Source: Raillietiella orientalis
Lineage: Eukaryota
Assembly (NCBI GenBank): GCA_036172245.1
Contig: JAYWIR010000022.1
Location: 2,418,001-2,482,000 of the forward strand
Reading direction: 5' to 3'
Length of the DNA stretch: 64,000 bases
In this document: in pieces, positions 37,271 to 49,800 of the stretch
Numbering within the stretch: position 1 is the stretch's first letter
How the letters are laid out: each line of letters begins with the position of its first letter
Position numbers and translations under genes: made by a program
The notes under the pieces: generated by a model
The model's input: the letters and a program-made list of their open reading frames with translations, nothing else
The model's database searches: none
What the model was told of the DNA's origin: nothing

Positions 37271-39362
37271 CAGTGGATTACTACAGAGTGCTTTTTTTTT
37301 TTAATAAATTAGTTAAAGCTCACAACATGGTTTGCTAACAGTGGGCTACCCCGCGCATAAGATGATTAATTTTGAAGATTGGTGGACAATGGTGATTCTT
37401 TGATTGCAGGCATTCAATTCCAGAAGAATTCCCTCAAGACAGACGATAATTTTGCAGAAATGATTACTGCTGCATATACATTGATGCAAGCAAAATAAGG
37501 TGAAGATACGAGGATTTCGCCAATGATTGCCTACCTTCACCGAAGGCGTGACATCTGGGATCTGGAAGAAAGCACGGAGGAAGAGAATGTTGAGCGCTGC
37601 GCTTTCTGGAACATTTCAGAGGTGAGACAACGGTAAATTACGGCATAGACTGCAGATAGCACTTTGGGGAGTTTTGGAAAACCTCAGTGTCGCTGCTACA
37701 TTAAGATACATTAGTGAACACACAGTTTGAGTGTGTTGCCACCACTACAGAACCCAATGGAAAATTTCAGTGGTGCGCCAGGCGTTGATGTGGAATCGGT
37801 TGAGATAGAAAATGGGAGGCCAATTTTAGGAGCAGAAGAACCCACTTTTGTAAGAGGGTCTTTTGGGTCCATGGCAGCGGATGTAGCTGTTTGGTCCTTT
37901 TCTTACATTTAGTCATCTCCTTACCAGCAGTGGTTTGGTGTGTTGGAGTCTCCCATATCGCACTTTCGAGAAACCCCGCACATGTGTGGCACGAAATTTT
38001 TCCTCAGTTCCCACCTCGGAGCCATTTCCCAGAGTTGTCATTTACCAGGTCGAATGGTCAGCAGAGCTCGAAGCTGTTGTCGTGACGAGGCGCCTCAGCG
38101 ATCACGCGGCTGTTTAAAAACGAAAGTTGATTTTTGAAGCAATTTTATTTCGGGAGTGATTACTTACCTTAGGGAATGCTTCCGTTCACAGACTGAAGTT
38201 GGAACGGGTGCACCAGTGTCAGGAGGCGTGTTGGGAGTAGGCTATATGGGAATAGGGAGGTATCGTCCTTTGTGGAGGTGGCCAGCGCACCCCTCCATCG
38301 GAAATAGCCGTCTGGGCAAATCGAATAAGATCGGCTGTGAACGGAGTAACTTTTCCAAACTCTTCCGCTAATCCTGTCTGAACGCGGCGAGGCTAAAAGA
38401 CGTCCATGGCCCAGGGTGTTCTCGGGAGGACTTTTGGGGATATGAAAGGAACATACCGCTCCTTGAAATCGCAGAGTTCGTACTCGAGCAGCACGTCGGG
38501 ATGACCGTGGAAAAGAGCTTCAAGAAGGACACCTCGGTCCTCAGGATGGAAACGTAAGATAAAAACAGTTCTGCAGCTGAATGCATGTGTGTGAGGTGGT
38601 TCTGACGTCATCGACAGCAAAATCGCCATCCCGCCACCCGTGTAAAATTTGAAAATGAAGTGCACGGACTGCAAGGCACTGAGTCTCGAGTTCACGGACA
38701 GAAATTCCGGAATTTTTAATACTTTGCTGCATGCATTTAAGTGTTCCCAAGATTTGTGAATATCGACGGCAGTGCACTCTCTGATGAAACACATGATCTT
38801 GGCTTGAGGTGGGGGGAGAGAGAGAGAGAGAGAAAAAAACGGTCTGTGATATTCGGGGGAATGAGCCGGAAGTGTTTTTAGAAAGAAACGATTCCAAGAA
38901 CCGGTTGGGGGTGCAAGTGAAACATCTCACCAAAAGAATCAGCGTTCAAAAATCGCTGATTGGAGGAGCGAGATGCTGATACGGGATCATGGGGAAGGTA
39001 TTTATAGCATGGTGGTTCTGGAGAGGAGCAATGCACCATGCAATGCGTCTTCTGTCTCCCGAACATCTCCCTCGCTGCACATTCCTCCTGTGTCACGTAC
39101 GAAAACACTCCGTGCACATGGACGGAGGACTTGGCATGGGACGCTCTGCATGTTTTTTTTTTTTTTTGCTTCGTGAAGTGGCGGAACACGTGCGTGCAGG
39201 AAAGCTCCAATTTTGTTCCCCTTAAGGGAGGGAGGGGGGGGAGCAGTGTGTGTGTCTCGTCGTGCGCAGGTGAACGTGGCGCGAGAGCGCCGCCCAGTCA
39301 GCCTTCCCACCGCTCACTATGGTGAACCCACTCACTCCAGTCTCCATTTCACGAGAAGCGCG

Positions 39363-39861
39363 TTAACCCTTTGGGTGCGGAGAGCTGGTCAGATTTGAAC
39401 GTTCCGTGTTGACGGCACGCGAGTCGCGGTGGCGACCTCCGTGGACGGAACGCTTCTTCTAGTGCCTCGTACTCTATCAGAGGTGCCACCGACTGACTAC
39501 ATAAAGTGCTGATTAAAGCTACTATTGTAATTGTTTACTTATACCACATTAAATAAAATGTTTTCATTTTTCCTGAATATATTTATTCAAAAATTATAAC
39601 TGTGATTCGATAAAATAAATCAATAATTCATTCACATTTTTAAGATATCACAAAGAAAAAAGACAATACAATAAATTCTTTACGGCACCGAGAGAATGGT
39701 TAACCGATATAAATAGAATTTTTGTTTACTGTCGTTGCTAAGGAGAGTAAGTGTAAGTGTCCCTCTCAAACATTGATAGTGTTAACTTATGTCGCGAATA
39801 TAAGGTAAAAAAATCATTTGCCAGACCCATATATGCGTCATCCACAGCACTTAAAGATTAA
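39363..39861. mobile_element. piggyBac-like non-autonomous element
   Basis: TTAA at 39363-39366 and 39858-39861; imperfect ends CCCTTTGGGTGC versus reverse-complement TCTTTAAGTGC; subterminal palindrome GACCCATATATGCGTC; AT-rich interior. Confidence 0.4.
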
Positions 39862-39984
39862 ATGTACGGTCCCGGAATTTTTTTTTCCAGGAATTTTCAA
39901 GCACTTGCTATAAATGGGTGTCCATATTGAGAAAGAGACCACCACTGACAGTCTTCTCCTACCTCCTGTAGTCCTGCAAGACCG

Positions 39985-40900
39985 AGATGCGTTGTCACCC
40001 GGGTGCGACGGAGCGTTTATTTTTTTTTTACAAAAGAAGAAAAAATAGGCAGAGGGGAGTCGGTGGGACTGGGTGCCCCATCGAGTCTGCCTATCTATTC
40101 CGGGGGCGCCGACGGGATCCCCAACATCACATAAGGAGTGAGGGGATACGAAAAATAAAAATAAAAGGAAAACGAGAAAAAAAAGTCTGCGAAAACTGAA
40201 GATGGGGGAGAGGGAAGGGGTCTCGTCTCGCTGTGTGGGATCCTCTGCATCCTTTGCAAGATGCCGGAGACGAGGTTCCTCTTGCAAGATGTCTCACCGC
40301 GATCCCAAGGAACGGGATGGCGAAGGGGGTGGTGGTGGCACCCCTGTCGTGCCGTCCTCTCTCGGCGGGGTTTCCTGGAGGCAAAGGTCTCGGGTGGTGT
40401 GCAGCACGGAGCAGCTGGCGGTTGTCAGGCGCTCCGCGCGAAGAGGTCTCTCAAGATGTTTATGTCGTTGTAGGCCGTCCTCTGAGGAAGGGAGGGACGC
40501 AAAGAAACATGCCCACAGGGCAATACACGTCACAAGCAGGTGGAGGAAGGTCTCATCAGTATGCGGCCAACTGTTGATTCTTCCAGCTCAGGGAATCAGG
40601 AGGTCACCGGACGACGAGGGAGCGGATGGCCGTTCCCATGCTGGAGCAACACGGCAGGAGTTGGTTTCAAAAACCGCTGCCCCCAACAAGAGAGTGCTTC
40701 TGCGGGTCAGGGTGGAAGTCCCGAACCCCTCGCACGAGCGATCAGGTGGACTTCCCGGAATCTGAGTCCATTCGAACCTTGTCGGAACTGTAAGCAGCAG
40801 GAAGCTGCGTCTCCTTTGAAGATCACTCAGCCAATAATAAGTAACAAAGAAGATCAATAACGAAGCGTTCGTTTCGATCAATGTCAGGAACGGTGTGCCA
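39985..40900 (-). repeat. Interspersed repeat family R, copy 1
   Basis: Reverse complement shares GAGGACGGC.CGA, GGCATC.TG.AAAGGATGCAGAGGA and AATAAACGC..GGGTGA with 42270-42640. The boundary above ~40500 is approximate. Confidence 0.7.
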
Positions 40901-41850
40901 AAAAAAAAAAGTGTCTCTCTCGGGAGAGAGCAAGGAAGAGGTGGCCCCTTTCGGATTCCCTCCTGAGAGTTCCGAAGGACTCCTTCCTCCAGAGCCTTTC
41001 TGGATTCATAGGATGGTCCCTCACTCCCTAACCATTGAAGAATTACGCGCACTCTGGGGTGGCGTGGGCAGTGTTGAAGAGCTTTGCGAGCCCCCGTGAG
41101 GAGTGCGGAAACAGCAAGGAAAAGAAAAGAGCTGGAAGCTTCCATGTTGGTTTCAAAAGCGCGTTAGGTAAACTGGGTACTCTGTGGTTCAGATTGTTCC
41201 AGCGGGGGCCGCTGCACCCCGTGCAGAGGCCCCCGCTTGAAACCTTCTGGAGCCACTTCCGAGGAAGGAACGACAGTGACCCGGGGGGGTGGGGGGCACA
41301 GCATGGGGAGTCAACTGCGAAGTCTATGATAATCGAGTTCCTCTTTCCATCGCGGAGAGTCGGCGAGTTGTACGCGCAACCCCAAACATCAGGCCAAAGG
41401 GCGAGACACCGCTGGGTTAGGCGCTCTCCCCCTCTTCTTGCATCGAGGCCCTCCACAGCAACGCCAGGAGGCACCACCATACCAACCGGCGTGGTGGCGC
41501 AGGCGCAACGTGTCTGCGCCACCACTGCGGGCTGAAACTTCGGTGGGAGGTAAAGCTGACAGAGGCCAACAACTGGATCTTCTGCTGGTCCGCGAACGGT
41601 AACGCCCGGTTGCAGGAAACCGTTCGCACGTGGGCCAAGATGAGCGAAGAGAGCCTGGAGATGCGGCAGCAACTGCTCCACCCCTTCTGCAACAACTGCT
41701 CGCTGCAAAACGTCATCGTGAATGTGCGTGGGCGCAAAGAACCTCCCTAGCCGCGCCACTACCTTCCCTCAGGGAACAATTGTCAGTAACCAGCCGGTCA
41801 AATGGGAGGTCCGATGCGAGATCGGAGGAAGAGCGAAGGAATTAGGTGGT
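40900..41850 (+). mobile_element. Decayed Ty3/Gypsy-like internal sequence
   Basis: Eroded zinc knuckle (~41190), protease-like GVNCEVYDNRVPLSIAE (~41305) and integrase-N-terminus-like CVGAKNLPSRATTFPQGTIVSNQP (~41725), in retroelement order. No intact catalytic motif. Confidence 0.45.
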
Positions 41851-43195
41851 GGTTCCCCACGGACCAGCTCTCAGCTATTATTGAACTGGGGTGAGCTGCT
41901 GGGAATCCCGCAGGAAGACCTCAAGTGGCCGCCAGCGCTGGAGAACAATCGGGCCCTCCCCCTGAAGTGGCAGGTGTCGGCATTTCTGCTTCCTGGTGCT
42001 GTGGCACGGGAGTCTCCCGTGCAACGCCCGCCGCTCTCATTGCACTTGGGGGACTGTGAACCCCAACTGTTGCAGGTACGGGGAGAGGGAATCACTCCCC
42101 CTCACCTGCTGGCAGACTGTGTTGCCCTCCGGCCCCTGTGGTTGCGTTACGCAACGACCCTTGGCCCACCGACGGACGAAGCGCTTCTTCGTGCGCGGCA
42201 CCCTTTCGCCTGCTGCATCCCCAGTAGCTCTTTGCTGCTGCCTACGCGGGATTGCCGCGGCCCGGAGCTACGCGAGAGGAGGACGGCGCGATCGGAACGC
42301 CATCTGCCCTTCGCCCTGCGCTTCATGAGGACGACAGCAAGATGGCCCCAGCTGGGGCATACTCGGATGGAAGTTGCCGGCATCCTGGAAAGGATGCAGA
42401 GGACGTCCTCCAGCTCCCGCTGACCCCTTCCCTAACCCTCCCAACTTTTTATATATATGTATTTGTTTTGTTTTTATTTTCGTTTGTCCCCTCCCCTTTC
42501 GCTGCCGAGGGGAACCTCGCTGGCCTGCGTGCCGGTCACTCGGCAGTTTCCGAGCATTTTCGGACAATATTGGGCACGATGGCTCTACACCTATAAGTTT
42601 GTTATTTTTTTACAATAAACGCCCCGACGTGATCGGGTGATAAGCCATGCCAACCGGGAAAACGTGCATCCCCACTACTCAGCAGCCTCTGCGGCAAGAA
42701 GGGGACTCTGCCGCGCGTGCTTCCGGACTGCTCGGGCGTGAGACGCAGGCAGAGGACACTTGACCCCACGCCGTCTCCCTCCCTACCGGCAGTCCTAAAG
42801 GCATCGTCCGTCGGCCTTTCTGTAAGACGGGCTCCCCGAGTCAACGGTAATGGGGGCACTGCGCTTCCTTCGTGGGGCGATCCTTTCAGGAGCAGTGCTG
42901 GATCTCCAGAGCAAGAAACAACCAGCTTGGAGAGTCTCCCCTTCCCCTAATGTGGAAAGTCCTTCGCTGGCCTGCGCTCGGTCAGGACATGAGGGACGAC
43001 ATCGCGGGAATCCACCATCTCCTGAGGGCTGGGACATTCGGCCTAGTCAGACCTCCCCCGGACGCCTTCGGACCTCTCCTGCAAGAGCATGGCGCGGCGA
43101 CGACCCTAGTTCGTTTCCCTCCACTCCAAACTGCAAATTCAACCCACATGTTGATTTTTTTTATAAAGTAAACGGTCCGGCGCGACCGGGTGCAA
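41850..43195 (+). repeat. Repeat family R, copy 2 (to ~42645) plus tandem diverged 3' module (~42880-43195)
   Basis: 42265-42640 aligns by eye with 57574-57930. GCTGGCCTGCG recurs at ~42519 and ~42966, and both modules end in a signal plus hairpin. Confidence 0.7.
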
Positions 43196-43788
43196 AGCAC
43201 ACCTACGCGCTCCTGAGTGGGAGCGCCGCGCAAGTTGGGATCCGCCGCCGGACGTGGATGGCATTCAAAACGAGCGCAGCTTACCAGTCAGCGGCGATTG
43301 GCTGCTGACCAGTAAGTTGCGGTGTGCGCAAGGCTCCTCCGTTACAGCCACTTTCGGGGAGCTCTTGAACGGCGTATCTTCGCTTCCCGGCCGCCCCACC
43401 GACCCCAGTGAACAGGAGGTCGATGCAGGACGAGTCAGTCTCCTCTCCCTCCCGACTGCTGCTTCTCCGGCGGGCGCGATTCTCAGGGAAGCAGGCCGTG
43501 CCGAGCGCGCCGTTGCGATCGCGCGGGAGTCTCGCGGGAGCGAGGCTTTTGCCGGCGTTGCTGGGTTCCCGTTGAGGATCAGGCTGTATCCTGTATCCCT
43601 CCGCCGACTCTCCAGTTGGTAAGTGCTGCTCCCGACTTCACGGTGTACGCTGAGACGAGGGGCGCGAAGGACGCATTTCGGCACTCCCGCGACACGGCCC
43701 AGCCCACGCGCGTTGGGAATCTGGGAATCAAACGCTCGAGTGACCGAGGGAACAATCCGAAATGTCCCTCTTTTAGTTGCGTGCCGGG

Positions 43789-43920
43789 CTAACTCATTAT
43801 CATTCGAATATTAAATATAAATTTTTAATTAATTTTACTCTGATACAAAAGATAATTAATTTCAATACTTTATCACTATTTACTTAAATCCTTTTCAGTA
43901 CTTTTCACTATCACTGTAAA
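43789..43920 (-). pseudogene. rrnL: Mitochondrial insertion (NUMT), large-subunit rRNA 5' region fragment
   Basis: Very AT-rich island. The minus strand has AGTACTGAAAAGGA ... TATCTTTTGTATCAGAGT ... TTCGAA ... GAGTTA, in the order of the conserved metazoan mt-16S motifs AGTACTGTGAAGGA, TACCTTTTGTATCAGGGT, CCGAA..GAGCTA. Confidence 0.7.
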
Positions 43921-45899
43921 AGCAGCAGCGGCGGCGACTGCCACGATGAGCTCCACTGACCTTCGCGGTTGGCCCCTCGCGGTTGGTTTGAAAACGCAAG
44001 CGCGGAAGCGTTCCAATGTTGGCCCTCCGTCCACGCGGAGCACGCTGAAGGTCCTTTTCTCCTCCTCCCGGCGATCGACTGATGGCGTTTTTATTATTAT
44101 TATTATTTCGCACGCAGACCGAGTCATCCCCTACGAGGCGAGGATTTTTCCCATTCCCGGGTAACTCGCCCAAGTTTGTTGTGGTACCCGACTCTGGCGA
44201 GGCGCTCGAGCGCTCGTTGCGCTCCTCTCCTGCTGCTGCTGTTGCCCAAGAGGCGACCCACCCGGAAGGCTGCTGCACGCGGAGCTGATGGACGGAAGGG
44301 AAGCAGCCGAAGCGGAGCGAACGATTCCTTCCTCGAGCTCTTTCTTCCTGCTTTCGTTTGGCCAAATTCTACCGGAGCTTCCCCCCTCCCTCCACCGCGA
44401 GTAACGGTGAACGAAGGAAGGGAGGTTTCAGCACGGGGATCCCATCGAACAGGGAGGGCTGTTTGCACACCGCGCCTGTGCGGAGCAACGCGTCGCTTCG
44501 TGAGAGAGGGTGTGGGAGAAACTCAGTGCTCTCTCTGGGATAACCGCTCTCTGCAGCGAAACGGGAGAGGAGGAATTCGGTAAGATGAGTCGAGGAGGAC
44601 CAGTGGAAGCGTTGGGTCAAGACGAAACGGAAAGGGCGCAGTTCTGTGGTTCCGAATAGCCATCGGAAACACTACGCCGCGCATTTCCGCATCTCGCTCT
44701 CCGACGGAAGCCTTAGGTCAGCTTCAAGTCCATGGTGTCCGTGTCCTAGGAGCAAGGAAGTGACTTTCCGCCTGGTTACTCTCGGCACTCAAGAAGATTA
44801 ACTCCTTTTCCGGCCTGCCATTTTCGAAACGAAAAAACCGCTTTGCTCTTGCGCCCCGAAGCATTCGGTCCCCGAATGACCTCATCGGTCCATCTGGCAC
44901 TCGCCGAGCGGTGCTCTTGGGCGGGCAATGCCGCCGACGCCCTTGTCGCGACTGCCCACCAATCAGAGCCGCCATGATTCGTCCTCCCACCGCCCATCGA
45001 AACCTCTCGATTCCCCCCTCTTCCTCCCTCGCTCCGGCGCTTCGTCTGTTGGTGTGCGCCCGCCTCACGCACGACGATCTTCAGGGAGGAATCCCGCGGG
45101 TGCTTCCTCCCGGGCTACTTGGGGAGCTCCGCGGTCCTATGCTTTGGCGACTCGCCAGGGGCTCACGAAAATCTTGCCTTCTGGGGCCACTCCCTCGTCA
45201 ACACCTGATACCCATCTTCCCCCTTGGCCCTCGGATCGCCGCGGCCTCGCCGGCGATTGCACGGGGGGGACCAGCACGACTCCGCCCCACCGTCCATTTT
45301 GAATTTCGTCCCGACCGTCCCCGCTCCGGGGTGACCGACCGTCAGAGAGCACAGAGCCGCGCGACGACCAGCGCGCGCGCAACTCTTTTTTTCTTTTCCC
45401 TTTTTTTCGCAAAAAAACACGCTCTCCCTCCCGCCCACGAATGGAACGGGGCTTTGAATGCCACGGGAATGTGGACTTTCGCTACTACCCGCGGCGTCGC
45501 GCCACCTCGGAGGAGAGAGTTCCTGCCTACGCCCCCGCGCACGTCGCGGGATCGTCGCGCGCGTGCGCCATTGTCTGCGCACGCAAGCGCGGTGGCTGCC
45601 TACCGGGGCTGCGGACGTACCTGCGAAGCGCAGCAGCGCTCGTCGCTGGAGCTACTGCTGCTGCTCCCCGCGATCCCTGGGAAAGGAAGGGGGGGGAGGG
45701 GCGTGCTCGAACGATGCGAACCCGGGTAATCTGGATGCTTGGTTGCTGTGACGCGGCTGTTTCCCCGAAGGCGGCGAAGGAGAGGAACCGCCCCGCCTCT
45801 AAGTTCCACCTCGCGCCATCCCATTCTCTTTCGCCTGGCTGCACGCTTTTGCACCGGGGCGCCAGCTGTGAGCGACGGGCGCGTGCACCGCGAGAGATC

Positions 45900-46660
45900 T
45901 CCCAAGGCACGTGAGGGGGAACTCCAGGCGGCGGGCACGCGCCCTCGCGTCGCGACCCGGAGATCCCGGATGAAGGGAACAGGGGCGAGGCTGCACCGCG
46001 GCGTTCGTTCCCAGCACCTACCAGAGGAACGGCGTCCTCTTGAGAGCGGCGTCTTCCGCTGCGGGGGATGGCGCGAGGCGGCGCGCGGGACCGAAACGCT
46101 CTGCAGGCCGCAAGCAGTGACCGGGGAGACAAGGGAGAGGTAGGCAGGACCCTTTTGGTCTCGTAGGCAACCACTCCAAAGGCACTCTTTCCTCCGCGGC
46201 AAGATCGATCTGTTCGTATTCTGGAATGTTCCACGGGAAGCACCCATTCGCTTCGAAGGGACGTCTACCGACGACCGAAGAGGTGGAGTTCGACAAACCT
46301 TGGGAACTGGCCAACAGAGCAAAACGAGAAGCACAAAGCAGTCATCTCGCATTCAGGAGACAACTCGTCGTCACTCGACGTCGCGGAGTCACTGCCGTTC
46401 ATCGTCGCCTCCTCGTTCAACGAACGCTTTTCGAATGTGCCTCTGGATATTCAGTGGTCCGCCCTTTCCCCTTCCTTTCGTTTTGCCTCTGAAAAGGTCT
46501 TTCGCTTCCTCTCATCACCACCTCTCGCACACATCCCGAAGGGGGTTGTGCGTGCTTCGGATGAAGAGTCCAGAATCACCTCAGAGCACCCGGCGGCACG
46601 GAATCGTGCGAAGGGCGTTTGCCAGCCGAGAGGTGAGGAACCGACCGCCTTTCAAAGAAA
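45900..46660 (+). mobile_element. Decayed Mag/Gypsy-like gag remnant
   Basis: RLPTTEEVEFDKPWELANRA resembles gag RLL.E..LTFDKA.ELA; downstream NRAKGVCQ resembles the knuckle end GHIAKVC. Confidence 0.4.
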
Positions 46661-46852
46661 CTGCGGTCCCTCCAACCCACTCACCCCCACCAGCCATTCC
46701 CCCAAGTGGGAGAAGGAAGGGGGGGCGGGGGAGGGAGGGAAAAAAGAAAAAAAGAACTCGTCAAACTGGTATTTCTGGAAGTGTTCGTCGGTGCCCAGTG
46801 CGTCGGCAAAGCGACGTTGCGCATATCGGGAAGACCGCCGCTGCGCTCGTGG

Positions 46853-49800
46853 TCACTTGAAGGTGTTCCGGAGATAGCAGGCGGTGCAGGCGGCGATCAC
46901 TTCGCAGCAGATGAGGATGGCGCACATCAGGAGTATATGGAACTCGGCGTTGTTAATGCTCTTCTGAACCAGTGTGTAGCAGCCCTTGAAACACAGAATT
47001 CATGTCGACCGTTTGGAAAGCGCGCCGCGTCTACAAGAAGTGCACAGAATCTTGAAAGCATTTCCGGAACCGCTTTGGCGTGAGCCGCTGCAGCACATTA
47101 AGAATCCGACAGCAACGGATTCGCTGTCGATACCGTTTGGTAGTAGGAGTTTCCTTCCGTGGGGTTCTCAAGGCAATCCGGATCGATAGGTTCGAGTTTT
47201 TCCAGGGGCTTCTTCAGTTTGCAGCAAGCAGGTGGTATCTCGTTCGGGTTGCTATCCATCCATTTCTTAGCCTCTGCAAAATCAGTAGAATTGTTTATTC
47301 CACAGCACTTCAACTGTAACCAAGGAGAACACGTTTCGGAACTTGCAAAAGGAAATCGCAGTTCTTACTTCAGCCATCATGGTATTCATGACAGAGGTAA
47401 ACGTGTCGTTTCGATCGGCAGAGTAGTGTTTCTTCAGGGCAGTGGTCAGTTCGTCTCGCAACTGTGCCCGTGTCTGCAGCAGAGAAAAAAGCAATGTGAG
47501 AACGGGCGCCTTGTCGCAAACACGTGCGCGACTTACAGGAAAAATACACGGGAGAGGATACACACAAAGCGAACCGAATGCGAACACGTGCGAACACGGT
47601 TCCCCAAGTGCTACATGAAACGTGCTTCCCATAGATGTACGTTTGTTTTCGTTTCCCCTTGTTAAACACATCTCGTCTTGTTTCTAGGACTCACTCGAGC
47701 TTCCCAATTGTGAGAAGGGTTTTCGGGGGGAGGGGGCGCAGCGCAAAATTTAATTAGAATAAAATTCATCCTGATTGACCGGAAAGCATTCCTTGCCTTT
47801 CTTAGAAAGTACTCATGGAATAAAGACAGCAGACTGAAGCAGGTATGGTATGCAGACGCTCTTCCCCCTGAACAAACCATTAGGGTGCATCTTACGTCAG
47901 AGCAAAACCCCGGTGTGATTCATCATTGCCCGAAGCGACAGCCGTCAGTTTGATTTCGATCAAGCACTTGGCTGCGACGTGGAAATAATGGCGCTGGCCG
48001 GTATGGAAGGGGTTGCGCGCGAACTATTCCACTGGCGAGCAGGCGGAACGACGAAACGATGATTCCACCAGAGCACCCATGATGGGCGGTGCTGCGTACC
48101 TGCGTGAGGTCCCAGCACAATCATTTTCCGTGGTGCCATCTTCTGGAAGACCCTTCTGGAAGATCGAATGAGCGATCGAATCCGTGCTGGCGCGCTTTGA
48201 GGTGCGCGCCCGAGCTCAAATGCGATTCCGTTGCACAGACTGGCCTCCGCAGGAAATTTTCCATCCAGAGGAGGGCATTTTCGATTCCGTCGACTGTGGT
48301 CCCCACTCCCGGAATTCTCGCCTCCAGGTTCATCCCTTTGCCATTCGAGTGGAAATCAGGAGCCCATTTGCGGAGATGGGAAAAATTTGGCTCATTGCTT
48401 CGAAGAAAATTCTTCGCACCTTTTCAGAAGGAGGCACGCCGGTGTCACGTGCTTCCTGCGTGAGGTGCTCATACGCACTGCGCACGCCCAATGTGTTTCA
48501 CGTACTGAAGCTGTAAGCTTCTTGGGATGGAAGAACACCAAAGCTCATCATAGTTTTCTCTCTCTCTTCCTCCTGGACAAATGTAACCAAAGTGGCTAAA
48601 TCAGATGGATAACCAAATTCGAAAGATAACCGATGTAGCTATAAATTCTTCGGCAGCGTGAAAGTTCGCTTTCCAGCTTGAAAGGGCATGTGGATCTCTT
48701 CCCAGCAAAGTGGGCTCGCAATTCCTCAACATGATGTGCAGCTTGACTTCTGCACTGGCTTTTGGTGCTCCTTTTCCTTCTCAACAGTTCAGTCAGTTCT
48801 GGTACGAGGCATGAGCAACGGTCACCTCAGACTGCCGAAAGGAAACTTCCACTGCCTCCTGAAAATGGCGCTCTGCTTTCGCAGTCTTGGTGCTTCGCAC
48901 TTCCACGAATTGTTTGAAAATGCACTTAACAGAATGCTTGCGCCACCCGCGAGCTGCATCCCTCGCCGCTTCCGAAAGATAACCACCGGAATGCATCATC
49001 GTCCCACGTCCGGGAGTCGAAACAGTTCCCTTCTTCGAAACTTCACGCCCCCTTCGACGTCTCCGCCACACTTTCAAAACACTTGTCTTTTTCCTTCTTT
49101 CAAAAGTAGGGTTCTCTTCTCTCAACGAGCATGCACTCAATTTCGGCGAAGCCTAAACCTGGAGGAAGACACATAGGAGGAACTGGAACTGGGAGAATGC
49201 AAGAAAACAACGATTAGCGGGGGGCAAGATAAGAGTTCATAGAACCGCCAACTCAGCCAGTCCGCCTAAGGCTCTCCCTGTTCCCTGGAAGTCGGCGAGG
49301 CCCTGACCCGCGCGATTCCGGCCACGCACAGATGCTGTCCTCTTCCACCGGGCCGCTGGATTGTCCCTTTCCTTCACCATGGCGCACATCTTCAGAGTTC
49401 TTCGGTGTGAACCCTAATTCTTCTTACACGACTCTTTTCATTTGTCACGCATGCTACTCAGCCTCCACGTTCCAACCGGGAGTGGGAAAAGATGTCGGAG
49501 GGGAATGCGTTTGGCAGCTTCACATTTGCAACGCGGGAAGAGAGAAAACATCTTCGAATGGGGAAAAATCTTCGGAATGTGCGGTCTCCGGAAGAATCCC
49601 ATCTATCCCGCTAAAGCTCTGCGGAAGCCAACAAGACTACGATCGCGCAAGTCCCGGATTTCGCTGGGCATTCAGCTTACCTCGGATGCTTTGTCGGAAG
49701 CTTAGTTGTTATCTGTGATCAGGACATCATCGCGATCGGGTGCACAGGACATTTCGGTTGATTGAGCAACACCGCCACCTTCTTTCCGACGCGCGAGTCT

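Noticed and set aside
37330..38600. Possible minus-strand exons (e.g. VLLEYELCDFKER|gtatgt; VIPTCC)
   Set aside because: Could not be linked into a model; no CCG or TM pattern to support another tetraspanin.
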